Source: an uncultured Gammaproteobacteria bacterium (lineage in GTDB: Bacteria; Patescibacteriota; Patescibacteriia; Magasanikbacterales; GWA2-37-8). From it: 64,000 bases of DNA. How positions within the stretch are numbered: the first letter of the stretch is position 1; each line of letters begins with the position of its first letter. This document shows, piece after piece, positions 19,569 to 29,972 of this stretch. The notes below the pieces were generated by a model. The model did no database searches. It was not told the origin of the DNA and saw only the letters and a program-made list of their open reading frames with translations. A program made the translations under genes and the position numbers. The stretch spans positions 445-64,444 of the forward strand of contig CAYHBZ010000001.1 in NCBI GenBank assembly GCA_964355175.1, in the 5' to 3' direction.

Positions 19569-21200
19569 ATGAAACAAAAAACAAAATTTATTTTCGTAAT
19601 TGGTGGGGTGTTGAGCGGTGTTGGCAAAGGTGTCACGGCTGCCTCAATTGGCCGTATTTATAAAAATTATGGTTTTAATGTATCGGCGATAAAAATTGAT
19701 CCGTATATCAATGTGGATGCTGGCACGATGAATCCGGTGGAGCATGGTGAAGTGTTTGTGACCGAAGACGGCGATGAAACTGATCAAGATTTGGGCAACT
19801 ACGAACGATTTTTGGATACTAATCTGCTTTCGACCAATTATATGACTACGGGTCGCGTGTATTTGAGTGTGATTGAAAAAGAACGCTCTATGGGCTATAA
19901 AGGCCATTGTGTGCAGGTAGTGCCCCATATCCCGATGGAAATAATTGACCGCATCAAAGCCGCGGCGGAAAAAACCAAAGCCGAAATAATGGTGATTGAA
20001 ATTGGCGGTACAGTGGGTGAGTACGAAAATATTTTATTTTTGGATGCTGCCCGTATGATGAAATTGGACAATCCCGACGATGTCGCTTTTGTGTTGGTAA
20101 GTTATATGCCGGTGCCTTCGCATTTGGGTGAGATGAAGACGAAGCCCACTCAACAGGCCGCTCGTACGCTCAATAGCAGTGGTATTCAGCCGGATTTTAT
20201 TATTGCTCGCGGCAAAGAAGTGTTGGATCAGCCTCGTCGTGAAAAATTGGCTTTCTTCTGCTGGCTTCAATCCAAAGAAGATGTTATTTCCGCTCCGGAT
20301 GTGGCTAGTATTTACGAAATTCCAGCAGTTTTGGAAAAACAAAATTTTGGAAAATTATTGGCCAAGCGTTTGAAAATAAAATTAAATCGCGCCAATAAAA
20401 GTGGGGAGTGGAATAAATTTATTTCCCGCATGAAGAGTCCAAAGAAAACTATTAAAGTGGCGGTCGTAGGTAAATATTTTGCCACCGGTGATTACACTTT
20501 GTCCGATTCTTATATTTCGGTAATTCAAGCGGTGAAACATGCCGCCTGGAGTGTGGGAGCGGAAGCGGATATGACTTGGCTCGATAGTGAAGATTACGAA
20601 AAAGATAAAGGTGCGGTAAAGAATTTGGGTCAGTATGACGCTTTGATTGTGCCGGGTGGATTTGGCACACGCGGTATTGAAGGTATTATCAACGCTATCC
20701 GATTTGCGCGCGAAAATAATCTGCCATATCTAGGCTTGTGCTATGGTATGCAATTGGCCACTATCGAATTTGCTCGCAATGTGCTCGGTGTAAAAGACGC
20801 TCATACGGTGGAAGTAAATCCAAAAACAACTAATCCTATAATCCATATCAATCCAATGCAAGCGCAAAATGTTAGCAAGAATCGCTATGGCGGCACAATG
20901 CGTTTGGGAGCCTATGACTGTGTATTAAAAGCCGGTACCAAGACCGCCAAAGCTTATGGTGAAAATAAAATTTCCGAACGTCATCGTCATCGTTATGAAT
21001 TTAATAATGATTATAAAAAAGCCATTGATGATGCCGGTTTAAAAATTGTCGGCGTGAATAAAGAAAAAGATTTGGTAGAGATAGTTGAATTAGTAGATCA
21101 TCCATTTTTTGTCGGAACTCAATTCCATCCGGAGTTAAAATCACGTCCAACCAGTCCGCATCCTTTGTTTGTGGGCTTGATGAAAGCGGCGATTAAATAA
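19569..21200 (+). CDS. pyrG: CTP synthase
   Basis: N-terminal synthase plus glutamine amidotransferase domain (GLCYGMQ, HRHRYE). Confidence 0.95.
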   Translation: MKQKTKFIFVIGGVLSGVGKGVTAASIGRIYKNYGFNVSAIKIDPYINVDAGTMNPVEHGEVFVTEDGDETDQDLGNYERFLDTNLLSTNYMTTGRVYLSVIEKERSMGYKGHCVQVVPHIPMEIIDRIKAAAEKTKAEIMVIEIGGTVGEYENILFLDAARMMKLDNPDDVAFVLVSYMPVPSHLGEMKTKPTQQAARTLNSSGIQPDFIIARGKEVLDQPRREKLAFFCWLQSKEDVISAPDVASIYEIPAVLEKQNFGKLLAKRLKIKLNRANKSGEWNKFISRMKSPKKTIKVAVVGKYFATGDYTLSDSYISVIQAVKHAAWSVGAEADMTWLDSEDYEKDKGAVKNLGQYDALIVPGGFGTRGIEGIINAIRFARENNLPYLGLCYGMQLATIEFARNVLGVKDAHTVEVNPKTTNPIIHINPMQAQNVSKNRYGGTMRLGAYDCVLKAGTKTAKAYGENKISERHRHRYEFNNDYKKAIDDAGLKIVGVNKEKDLVEIVELVDHPFFVGTQFHPELKSRPTSPHPLFVGLMKAAIK

Positions 21201-21235
21201 TAATGGAAATATCTCATTCTATCTAAACCTGTATT

Positions 21236-22270
21236 ATGAACCTCAAACAATACTTTAAAGACGCTATTGATAACAATGCTTCTGATTTACATTTGGTAGG
21301 CGGTGAAATGCCGATGATCAGGGTGGAAGGGGAGCTAAAAGTACTGGAAACCAAACAATTATCAGCCAAAGAATTGCAGGTCGCCATATTTGAAGAGATG
21401 CTGAGTAAAGAACAAAAAGATCGTTATCTTGAAGAACAAGAATTAGATTTTAGCTACGAGCAAGACGGTGAGCGTTTTCGTGTAAATCTGCATCAGCAGA
21501 CCGATGTGGTGGGATTGGCCGCACGCCTTATCCCGGCCGAAATTCCTAGCCCAAAAGAATTAGTTTTTGAGCCGGCTCTGTTGCGGGTGCCACAAACTTT
21601 AGACGGCTTGGTGTTGGTCACCGGTCCTACTGGTTGTGGTAAATCTACCACCTTGGCCGCTATTATTGAAGAAATAAATAAAACCCGCAAAGCTCATATC
21701 GTGACTATTGAAGACCCGATAGAATTTTTGTTTAAAGATAAAGAAAGTCTTATTGAACAGCGCGAGGTTGGAGTAGATACCAAATCTTTTGCGACCGCGC
21801 TTAAACATGTTTTGCGTCAGGATCCAAATGTGATCTTGGTAGGGGAAATGCGCGATCCAGAAACTATCGCTACCGTACTTACTGCAGCTGAAACCGGTCA
21901 CTTGGTACTTTCTACTTTGCACACCAGCACTGCCGCCGAGGCAATAGAGCGTATTGTGGATGCTTTCGACGGTTCTCGTCAAAAACAAGTTTTGATTCAG
22001 TTGTCGGCTGTACTGAAAATGGTGGTAGCGCAACAGCTTTTGCCCAGTGTGGACGGCGGTCGTGTGCCGGCTCGTGAAATTTTGGTAAATACTCCGGCCG
22101 TGTCGAATCTTATTAAAGAAAATAATATTAGTCAGATCAAATCCACTATCCAAATCGGCGCCAAAGATGGTATGGTGAGTATGGAAAATTCTATCAAGCA
22201 ATTGTTAAAAGATGGTTTAATTTCTGCTGATATTGCCGCCAAACGCTCCGGTCGTGACAAAAAGGTTTAG
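21236..22270 (+). CDS. pilT: type IV pilus retraction ATPase PilT
   Basis: Walker A GPTGCGKSTT, Asp box, Walker B/His box; length typical of PilT. Confidence 0.85.
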   Translation: MNLKQYFKDAIDNNASDLHLVGGEMPMIRVEGELKVLETKQLSAKELQVAIFEEMLSKEQKDRYLEEQELDFSYEQDGERFRVNLHQQTDVVGLAARLIPAEIPSPKELVFEPALLRVPQTLDGLVLVTGPTGCGKSTTLAAIIEEINKTRKAHIVTIEDPIEFLFKDKESLIEQREVGVDTKSFATALKHVLRQDPNVILVGEMRDPETIATVLTAAETGHLVLSTLHTSTAAEAIERIVDAFDGSRQKQVLIQLSAVLKMVVAQQLLPSVDGGRVPAREILVNTPAVSNLIKENNISQIKSTIQIGAKDGMVSMENSIKQLLKDGLISADIAAKRSGRDKKV

Positions 22271-22272
22271 TT

Positions 22273-23727
22273 ATGGATATTTTTAAAGTAATAAAAAAAA
22301 TTAACACTCTATCCAAAAAAGAAAAAACTCCGGTATATGCCGTGGGTGGTTTTGTGCGTGACTATCTGCTCGGACGCGATCAAAAAAAAGATGTGGATTT
22401 TGTGGTGGTTGGAAGTGGTTTGGAATTCGCCAAAAAATTTGATGTTTATCTCAAAGAAGTGGGTAGTCTAGTGGAATTCCCGGATTTTGATACGGCCCGC
22501 TATGTTTTTGAAGATAAAAAAGGAAATCTGGTGATAGAATTTGCCGGTGCCCGATCGGAAAATTATGATGCAAATTCTCGCAAACCAAAAGTAGAATCAG
22601 CCACCTTGGCGACCGACCTTTCCCGCCGTGATTTTACGGTCAATGCTATGGCCGTGCCGGTAGCCGCTTTTTCTGGATTGCTCAGACCAAGTATGGCCAA
22701 AATAAAATCTCAAGTAGTAGATTTATTCAATGGCCAAGCTGATCTTTCAGAAGCGGTATTGCGCACACCACTTGATCCGGACGCTACTTTTAGTGACGAT
22801 CCTTTGCGTATGATGAGAGCAATTCGTTTTGCCGGACAGCTGGAATTTGGTATTGATATCAAAACTCTGGAATCAATTCACAAAAATCGCGAGCGTCTAA
22901 AAATAATTTCAGCCGAGCGCGTGCAAGAAGAGTTGATGAAAATGATGGCGGTAAAACAACCATCGGTTTGTTTAAATTTGCTTTTTCAGACCAAATTATT
23001 GGATATTATCTTGCCGGAAGTAGTGGCTCTAGATGGTGTGGAAGAAATTTTTGGTCATCAACATAAAAATAATCTTATCCATAGTTTTAAAGTGGTGGAT
23101 AATATCGCAATTCGCAGTGCCAAGCCGCTATTGCGTTTGGCGGGATTATTACATGATATTGGCAAGCCAAAAACCAAAAAATTTATGCCTAAAATCGGCT
23201 GGACTTTTCATGCTCATGAATTTGTAGGCGAGAAAATGATGAAAGTTATCGGCCGTCGTTTGAAATTTGCCAATAACGATACTGCCTATCTGGCGAAACT
23301 AGTTCGCTGGCATATGCAACCAATTAATCTCATGGATGACGAAATTACCGACTCAGCTGTGCGCCGATTGATCGTGGATCTGGATGATGACCTCGATGAT
23401 CTTTTGATTTTGGGACAAAGTGATATCACTACCGGCAATCCCTATAAAAAAGAAAAGCGTTTGAAAAATTATGATCACCTAAAAGAAAAAATTACTTTGG
23501 TAATGGAGCGTGATAAAATGCGTGCTTTTCAGTCGCCGGTGCGCGGAGAAGAAATCATGCGCTTGTGTGGACTCAAGCCCGGCCCTACTGTAGGTAAAAT
23601 AAAAGAAGATATCGAAGAGGCGATATTGGACGGTAAAATCGATAATACTTACGAAGCCGCCAGCGGTTATTTTCTTGGCATTAAAGATAAATACCTCAAA
23701 GACGCCCGGGATTGGGAAAAGGTTTAA
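22273..23727 (+). CDS. cca: CCA-adding tRNA nucleotidyltransferase with HD domain
   Basis: PolyA-pol head (GGFVRD...DVDF) plus HD motif (HSFKV...LHDIGKP). Confidence 0.85.
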   Translation: MDIFKVIKKINTLSKKEKTPVYAVGGFVRDYLLGRDQKKDVDFVVVGSGLEFAKKFDVYLKEVGSLVEFPDFDTARYVFEDKKGNLVIEFAGARSENYDANSRKPKVESATLATDLSRRDFTVNAMAVPVAAFSGLLRPSMAKIKSQVVDLFNGQADLSEAVLRTPLDPDATFSDDPLRMMRAIRFAGQLEFGIDIKTLESIHKNRERLKIISAERVQEELMKMMAVKQPSVCLNLLFQTKLLDIILPEVVALDGVEEIFGHQHKNNLIHSFKVVDNIAIRSAKPLLRLAGLLHDIGKPKTKKFMPKIGWTFHAHEFVGEKMMKVIGRRLKFANNDTAYLAKLVRWHMQPINLMDDEITDSAVRRLIVDLDDDLDDLLILGQSDITTGNPYKKEKRLKNYDHLKEKITLVMERDKMRAFQSPVRGEEIMRLCGLKPGPTVGKIKEDIEEAILDGKIDNTYEAASGYFLGIKDKYLKDARDWEKV

Positions 23728-23752
23728 TTATTCAAATTAACTTAAAATAATT

Positions 23753-25345
23753 ATGTCGTTTTTTAAAACCAAAAAATTCTATATCGGATTGGTCGTAGTG
23801 CTGGCGCTTGGCGGTTATGGAATTTACCGTAATAATGTGGCCAAAAAAACTGTGGCGTATGATACCGCCAAGGTAGAACAGGGAATGTTGGCACAGAGTG
23901 TGGACGCTACCGGACAAATTCAGTCGGCCAATGATGTCTCCCTAAAATTTGAAATTCCAGGAATTCTCAGTGCGGTCAATGTCAAAGAAGGTGCTCAGGT
24001 GAAAGCCGGTCAAGTTTTGGTTTCTTTGCGTTTGAGTGAACTCAATGCGGCCGTAGCCCAAGCTCAGGCGAATCTAAATAAACAGTTGGCCGGCGCTACT
24101 CCCGATTATATTGCTCAGCTTCAAGCCTCGCTCGATAAAGCCAAAAATGATCTCACTCAGGCCAAAGGAAATGGTAACGATGCCGAGGGAAGTAAATTAG
24201 TGCAAAATACCTATGATGATTTATTGATTTCATTACAATCTATGCAGGTTGTTTTGGCTTCTTCTCTCACTTCAGCGGACAATATTTTAGGTATTGATAA
24301 TACTTTAGGCAACAATAGTTTTAAAAGTTATTTGTCTATTTTAAATACCGAGTATTTAAATAAGGCTAATAGTAGTTATTTGGAAGCAAAAGAGGCAAAG
24401 CTGGCTTTTGATTTGTCTATAAATAATCTCACCAAAGCATCAACTCACGCTGAAATTGATTTTTCTTCCGCTAAATCAGAAAGTGCTATAGTAAAGATGA
24501 AAAATTTACTTTATTATGTTTCTTTGGTGTTGGACAATACTCCTCCGGTGGGCACACTTTCTCAGGCTACTTTGGATACAATGAAGAGCGGTATCCAATC
24601 CGCGCGCACTGATTTAAATTTAAAATACGCGACATTAAACGCTGATATTCACGATATCGTGACTGCTCGTAATAATTATGCCTCTTACCAAACTCTTGTC
24701 GAAAAAGCTCAGGCCGCCCTCAAAGACGCGCAGAATCCACCGCGCGAAGTGGATGTGGCTTCATATCGAGCGGCCGTAGCGCAAGCGGTGGCTAGTCGCA
24801 ATAAAGCAATTATTACCGCGCCAATAGACGGAATTATTACTAAAGTAAATTACAAAGTGGGTGAATCGGTCAGTGGGGCCGATGAAGTTATCAAACTTTT
24901 GTCTCCGCATTATGAAATTCAAGTAGATGTTTCCGAAACCGATATTGCCAAAATTAAATTAGGACAGGCTGTAGCGATGACGCTCGACGCTTTTGGAGAA
25001 GATATAAAATTTAGCGGAAAAGTTTTTAATATTGATCCGGGATCTACAAATGTCCAAGATGTTGTCTATTACAAAGTAAAAATTTCTTTGGACGATAGCG
25101 ACAAGCCGGTCAAGCCGGGCATGACTGCCAATGTCAGTATTTTGACTGACAAACGCGATAACACTCTCTTCATACCTTCCCGCGCCGTTATTACTACTGG
25201 TGATCAGAAACAAGTAAAAATATTACAAAATAATCAGGCGGTCACCACTACTATAAAATTAGGAATAAAAGGTGACGACGGCAAAGTGGAAGTACTCGAA
25301 GGCTTGTCGGCCGGACAAGAAATAATTTTGGGTGTCAAACAATAA
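23753..25345 (+). CDS. HlyD/MacA-type periplasmic adaptor subunit
   Basis: N-terminal TM, lipoyl-like halves flanking a long coiled-coil, beta-barrel C-terminus; followed by MacB-type genes. Confidence 0.8.
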   Translation: MSFFKTKKFYIGLVVVLALGGYGIYRNNVAKKTVAYDTAKVEQGMLAQSVDATGQIQSANDVSLKFEIPGILSAVNVKEGAQVKAGQVLVSLRLSELNAAVAQAQANLNKQLAGATPDYIAQLQASLDKAKNDLTQAKGNGNDAEGSKLVQNTYDDLLISLQSMQVVLASSLTSADNILGIDNTLGNNSFKSYLSILNTEYLNKANSSYLEAKEAKLAFDLSINNLTKASTHAEIDFSSAKSESAIVKMKNLLYYVSLVLDNTPPVGTLSQATLDTMKSGIQSARTDLNLKYATLNADIHDIVTARNNYASYQTLVEKAQAALKDAQNPPREVDVASYRAAVAQAVASRNKAIITAPIDGIITKVNYKVGESVSGADEVIKLLSPHYEIQVDVSETDIAKIKLGQAVAMTLDAFGEDIKFSGKVFNIDPGSTNVQDVVYYKVKISLDDSDKPVKPGMTANVSILTDKRDNTLFIPSRAVITTGDQKQVKILQNNQAVTTTIKLGIKGDDGKVEVLEGLSAGQEIILGVKQ

Positions 25346-26069
25346 TATGGCCTTGATAGAATTAAAAAATGTTTCCAAAGATTATCAAAATGAAGAAATA
25401 GTGACACCAGTTTTGCATGATCTGAATTTTAATATTCAAAAAGGAGAGTTTGTTGCTATCATGGGTCCAAGCGGCTCTGGGAAATCTACGCTGATGCATA
25501 TTTTGGGATTTTTGGATAAAATTACCAAGGGAGAATTTCTGTTTGAAGGCAAAGACGTTAGCACTTTGTCCGACGATGATTTGGCTGTGATGCGTGGCAA
25601 GTCCATTGGTTTTGTGTTTCAAGCTTTTCATCTTTTGCCTCGTACTACGGTGCTCGAAAATGTAATGTTGCCTTTGATCTATTCACAAGTGCCGGCCGAG
25701 GACAGAATAGTCCGTGCCAAAGCGGCGCTGGACTCGGTGGGGCTTTCTCATCGTTTGGATTTTTCTCCTAGCCAGCTCTCGGGTGGTGAAAAACAGCGTG
25801 TGGCAATTGCGCGTGCTTTGGTAAATAATCCCAGTGTGATTTTTGCGGATGAACCAACGGGAAATTTGGATTCCAAATCCGGTTTGCAAGTAATGAAAAT
25901 TTTACAGAATTTAAATGACCAAGGTCATACCATTATTTTGGTAACTCACGAAAAGTATACCGCTGATCACTCTAAAAGAATTTTGCGCATTAAAGACGGC
26001 GAGATAGTGAGTGATGAAAAAGTAGTAAATAGACAGCTGGCGACAGAATCCACTGATTTAATTAAGTAG
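25332..26069 (+). CDS. ABC transporter ATP-binding protein (MacB/LolD type)
   Basis: [31 protein letters not shown]. Confidence 0.9.
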   Translation: MSNNNMALIELKNVSKDYQNEEIVTPVLHDLNFNIQKGEFVAIMGPSGSGKSTLMHILGFLDKITKGEFLFEGKDVSTLSDDDLAVMRGKSIGFVFQAFHLLPRTTVLENVMLPLIYSQVPAEDRIVRAKAALDSVGLSHRLDFSPSQLSGGEKQRVAIARALVNNPSVIFADEPTGNLDSKSGLQVMKILQNLNDQGHTIILVTHEKYTADHSKRILRIKDGEIVSDEKVVNRQLATESTDLIK

Positions 26070-26167
26070 TTGTCATCCCGAGCGTAGCGAGGGATCCATT
26101 AACAATTGTCATCCCGAATGAAATGAGGGATCTGAAAAGATTTCTCACATTCGTTCGGAATGACAAA
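26070..26167. repeat. cluster of short hairpin repeats TTGTCATCCCGA-N11-GAGGGATC (two direct copies plus a partial inverted copy)
   Basis: Copies at 26070-26096 and 26106-26132; inverted partial copy at 26149-26167; a third copy at 28688-28714. Confidence 0.7.
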
Positions 26168-26172
26168 ATATT

Positions 26173-27411
26173 ATGAATTTTATCGAAAATATTAAAACTG
26201 TGTGGCTCAGTATCATGCGTAATAAAGTCCGTTCGTTTTTGACAATGCTTGGGATTATTATTGGCATCATGTCAGTAATCGTGATTATGTCAGTGGGTGC
26301 CGGTGCTCAGAGTCTTATTCTCAATCAAATCAAAAGTCTTGGTTCCAATCTGATCGGTGTTTTGCCGGGAAAATCGGATGAAAAAGGTCCGCCGGCTTCT
26401 GCGATGGGTATTGTGATCACCTCTCTCAAAGCCAATGATATAGAAGCTGTATTAAAAGACAGTTCGTCACATTTTTTAGCCGGTACCGGCTATGTCCGTG
26501 GTAGTGACACTGTGACTTGGGATGGAAATAAAATCGATACTAGCTTTGTCGGTGTTTCGGCTGATTATCCCAATGTGGAAGACGCGCCGTTGGCGGGGGG
26601 TAGATTTTTTTCCGAGGATGAAGATAAATCGCTTGGCAGGGTAGCGATAGTGGGTAGTCAGGTAGTAAAAGATTTATTTGGTCAAAATGATCCTTTAGGA
26701 AAAGATATTAAAATAAAAAAATCAAATTTTACAATAATCGGTACAATGAAAGAGCGTGGGATGAGTGGTTTCCAAAATCAAGACAATCAAATTTTTGTAC
26801 CGCTTAGTACCGCTCAAAAAATTCTTTTGGGTATAGACTATGTCAGCTTCGCGCGTTTCAAAGTAGACAATGCCAATGAGGTGGATAGTAGTATGGAGCG
26901 GGTGCGTGAAATTTTGCGCGATCGTCATGAGGTGTCGAATCCGGACAACGATGATTTTTCCGTGCGCTCTATGGCACAGGGTTTAGATGCTATCACCAAT
27001 GTCACGAACGCGCTCAAAATGTTTCTCACTGCTATCGCGGCCATTGCTTTGGCGGTAGGTGGTATTGGTATTATGAATATTATGTTGGCGGCGGTGCAGG
27101 AGCGCACGCGTGAGATTGGTCTACGCAAAGCCGTGGGTGCCAAAAACAAAGATATAGTTTTTCAATTTTTGACCGAGTCCGCAATGATTACTTTTATCGG
27201 CGGTGTGTTTGGAATTATTTTAGGCGCGCTAATTTCTTTTATTGTTTCTCAGGTAGCGGTCTCGATGGGCTATGATTGGGATTTTGTAATTTCTTTTTCT
27301 TCTATCCTTGTGGCTACGCTAGTATCGATAGCGGTCGGTTTGGTATTTGGTATTATTCCGGCACGACGCGCGGCCAAGTTAAATCCTATTGAAGCTCTGA
27401 GATATGAATAA
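26173..27411 (+). CDS. ABC transporter permease, MacB/FtsX family
   Basis: N-terminal TM, large periplasmic domain, C-terminal FtsX 4-TM bundle. Confidence 0.85.
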   Translation: MNFIENIKTVWLSIMRNKVRSFLTMLGIIIGIMSVIVIMSVGAGAQSLILNQIKSLGSNLIGVLPGKSDEKGPPASAMGIVITSLKANDIEAVLKDSSSHFLAGTGYVRGSDTVTWDGNKIDTSFVGVSADYPNVEDAPLAGGRFFSEDEDKSLGRVAIVGSQVVKDLFGQNDPLGKDIKIKKSNFTIIGTMKERGMSGFQNQDNQIFVPLSTAQKILLGIDYVSFARFKVDNANEVDSSMERVREILRDRHEVSNPDNDDFSVRSMAQGLDAITNVTNALKMFLTAIAAIALAVGGIGIMNIMLAAVQERTREIGLRKAVGAKNKDIVFQFLTESAMITFIGGVFGIILGALISFIVSQVAVSMGYDWDFVISFSSILVATLVSIAVGLVFGIIPARRAAKLNPIEALRYE

Positions 27412-28654
27412 TATTATCAGCTCAATCAAAATGGCTTTCACCGCTTTGCTGGCTCAGCGCACGCGTTCTATTTTGACTATTCTCGGCATCTCTATCGGTA
27501 TCGCTATTGTTATTACTATTATGGCCGCCGGTCGTGGACTTGATAAATTTGTTTTGGGAGAGCTGGACGCTTTTTCTCCGGACGCGCTTAGTATTGAAAC
27601 CAAGATTCCGAGTGTTGGTAAAAATTCTACGGATAATTCCGCTGGACAGTCTACCGGTATTACCATTACTTCCTTGAAAGATAGAGATATAGAAGATATA
27701 AAAAAACACCCCAACATTGCCTCGGCCTATGGCTGGGTGATTGGTCAAGGGGTAGTGAGCTATGCCGGATTGGACAAGACCCTTACTTTGATGGGCGAGG
27801 GCTATACTTTGCCTGATGTAGAAAAGTTTGATTTATCCGATGGTCGCATGTTTACGCGGGAAGAAGAATATGGATTGCAACAAGTGGCTGTACTTGGGTA
27901 TACCGTAAAAAATGATTTGTTTGGACAAAACGAAGCGGTCGGACAAAATATTTATATCAAGGGCAAACCTTTTCGGGTAGTTGGTGTAGCGGCCAAACGC
28001 GGCGCGGCTTTTTTTATGGATATGGATAATGTAATAATTATTCCTACCAAGACCATGCAAAAAAGAATTTTGGGTATAGATTATGTGCGCTCAATTATGG
28101 CTAGGATGAAAGATGGTACCAAGGTGGATCAGACTGTAGCCGATCTTACTGTCATATTGCGCGAGAATCACGAAATTACCGATCCAAATAAAGATGATTT
28201 TGCCGTAAGTTCTATGGCCGAAGCCCGTGATACTTTGGGTTCAGTGGTCCAAGGCGTGACTTTTTTATTAGTAGCCTTAGTCTGCATTTCGCTCATCGTT
28301 GGTGGCGTGGGAATTATGAATATTATGTATGTATCGGTGACAGAGCGCACTTTTGAAATCGGTCTGCGCAAAGCCGTGGGTGCTAAAAATAAAGATATTT
28401 TATTGCAGTTTCTTAGCGAAGCGGTATTACTTACTTTTCTGGGAGGAGTATTTGGAATTATCTTTGGTGTACTCATAGCTCTGTTAATTTATTTTGTCGC
28501 TACGGCCAATAATTTTAAATGGGTTTTTTCTATTCCACTTTCTTCTATTATTTTATCACTTGGTTTTTCCGCTTTTATCGGAATTGTCTTCGGTCTTTAT
28601 CCGGCCAAACGCGCAGCTAATATGGATCCAATTGAAGCGCTAAGAAAAGAATAA
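27404..28654 (+). CDS. second MacB/FtsX-family ABC permease (paralogue)
   Basis: Same architecture and clear paralogy to the upstream permease (…ERTxEIGLRKAVGAKNKDI…). Confidence 0.85.
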   Translation: MNNIISSIKMAFTALLAQRTRSILTILGISIGIAIVITIMAAGRGLDKFVLGELDAFSPDALSIETKIPSVGKNSTDNSAGQSTGITITSLKDRDIEDIKKHPNIASAYGWVIGQGVVSYAGLDKTLTLMGEGYTLPDVEKFDLSDGRMFTREEEYGLQQVAVLGYTVKNDLFGQNEAVGQNIYIKGKPFRVVGVAAKRGAAFFMDMDNVIIIPTKTMQKRILGIDYVRSIMARMKDGTKVDQTVADLTVILRENHEITDPNKDDFAVSSMAEARDTLGSVVQGVTFLLVALVCISLIVGGVGIMNIMYVSVTERTFEIGLRKAVGAKNKDILLQFLSEAVLLTFLGGVFGIIFGVLIALLIYFVATANNFKWVFSIPLSSIILSLGFSAFIGIVFGLYPAKRAANMDPIEALRKE

Positions 28655-28687
28655 TTTTTATTTGTCGTCCCAAAATTTGTCATCAAT

Positions 28688-28714
28688 TTGTCATCCCGAA
28701 TAAAATGAGGGATC
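28688..28714. repeat. third copy of the TTGTCATCCCGA-N11-GAGGGATC hairpin repeat, preceded by three TTTGTC direct repeats
   Basis: Near-identical to the 26106-26132 copy; TTTGTC recurs at 28661, 28677 and 28687. Confidence 0.7.
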
Positions 28715-28723
28715 TTTGTAAAT

Positions 28724-29335
28724 ATGAAAAATAATTTTAATACAATACCAGAAGTCATTGAAGAAATAAAAAATGGCGGTATGGTGCTGGTGCTCGATGA
28801 TGAAGACCGAGAAAATGAAGGCGACCTCATAGTTGCCGCGCAAAAAGTAACAGCGGCCCACATAAATTTTATGGCCACCTATGGTCGTGGGATTATTTGT
28901 GTGCCGATGAGTGGCGAAATTTTGGATAGATTGGATTTGCCGTTGATGGTAAAAAATAATCAAGATTCATTTGGCACAGCTTGGACCGTTACGGTGGATG
29001 CTAAAGAGGATGTTGATACTGGTGCTTCTGCTTTTGATCGGGCCAAAACTATTCAGGTGCTTATCAATCCTAATACCAAACCACAAGATTTGGATCGTCC
29101 TGGCCACACTTTTCCTCTGCGTGCGCATCCGGGTGGCGTATTGGCTCGACCCGGTCATACTGAAGCAGCTGTTGAATTAGCGCGTTTGGCCGGTCTTTCT
29201 CCGGCTGGAGCGATTTGCGAAATTATGAATGAAGATGGCACTATGGCACGCGCCCCAGAATTATTTGCATTTTCACGCAAATATAATTTAAAAATTTGCA
29301 CTATAAAAGATTTCATTGAATTTTTAAAAAAATAA
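28724..29335 (+). CDS. ribB: 3,4-dihydroxy-2-butanone 4-phosphate synthase
   Basis: VLDDEDRENEGDL, ICVPM, RPGHTE signature blocks. Confidence 0.85.
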   Translation: MKNNFNTIPEVIEEIKNGGMVLVLDDEDRENEGDLIVAAQKVTAAHINFMATYGRGIICVPMSGEILDRLDLPLMVKNNQDSFGTAWTVTVDAKEDVDTGASAFDRAKTIQVLINPNTKPQDLDRPGHTFPLRAHPGGVLARPGHTEAAVELARLAGLSPAGAICEIMNEDGTMARAPELFAFSRKYNLKICTIKDFIEFLKK

Positions 29336-29343
29336 TATTAACA

Positions 29344-29385
29344 AAAAATCTCTCGATTAATATCAAGAGATTTTATTTTTTTAAG
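29344..29385 (+). terminator. terminator after ribB
   Basis: AAAATCTCT...AGAGATTTT stem with a T-run. Confidence 0.65.
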
Positions 29386-29475
29386 ACTGCTACTACTGTA
29401 AATACAAAATTTATATTCACAGTGGTTGGAGCAGTCTTGAAACTCTCGCGGTTGTACCCACCTCGATGGCTCGAG

Positions 29476-29847
29476 TCACGCAATGCCGTGCATGGCCTTG
29501 AACACCTGGACGACCGTGCGCTGGATTTCAGCATCCTGGATCTGGCCACGGCTCGTGTAGATGGCGCTTGTGCCAAAGCCGTGATTGTAGAACGCCAGGA
29601 AGTCGCGAGCCTCACACTCCCGAATCAGATCTGCCTTGTGGCAATGCATCTTGGTCGAGAGGCGGACCAGGGTGGGCTGGCCGTTTTTCTCCGGCAGGGA
29701 GCTGACGTTGCCGTCCCAACGCCCTTCTTCCAGTTGGTCCAGTCTCAAGCCCAGGAACTTGAAAAGGGGCAATTCATACCCCCAGACACCATCCAGACTG
29801 AGGTGGTTCGGAAAGAGGAGAACTCGCACTTTCGTGGACGTGGACAT
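29476..29847 (-). CDS. hypothetical protein encoded in a high-GC island
   Basis: 123-aa ATG-initiated ORF with protein-like composition inside a ~58% GC segment; other frames there read as high-GC frame artefacts. Confidence 0.4.
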   Translation of the reverse strand: MSTSTKVRVLLFPNHLSLDGVWGYELPLFKFLGLRLDQLEEGRWDGNVSSLPEKNGQPTLVRLSTKMHCHKADLIRECEARDFLAFYNHGFGTSAIYTSRGQIQDAEIQRTVVQVFKAMHGIA

Positions 29848-29972
29848 GGGATTCCTCGCGGAGCAGGTGTTTGCCTGCGGTAGATTGCTTTATTTATACT
29901 ATAATCACGCAAATAGTCAATATCAGCTCTCACCCTTGTTTTTTCCAATCAATAGTGTTAAATTAGCCTAGT

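Noticed and set aside
29422-29883. 153-aa GTG-initiated plus-strand ORF in the high-GC island
   Set aside because: High-GC DNA yields long ORFs in several frames. This one has a non-ATG start and an Arg/Ala/Gly-rich composition typical of out-of-frame reading. The minus-strand ATG ORF was preferred.
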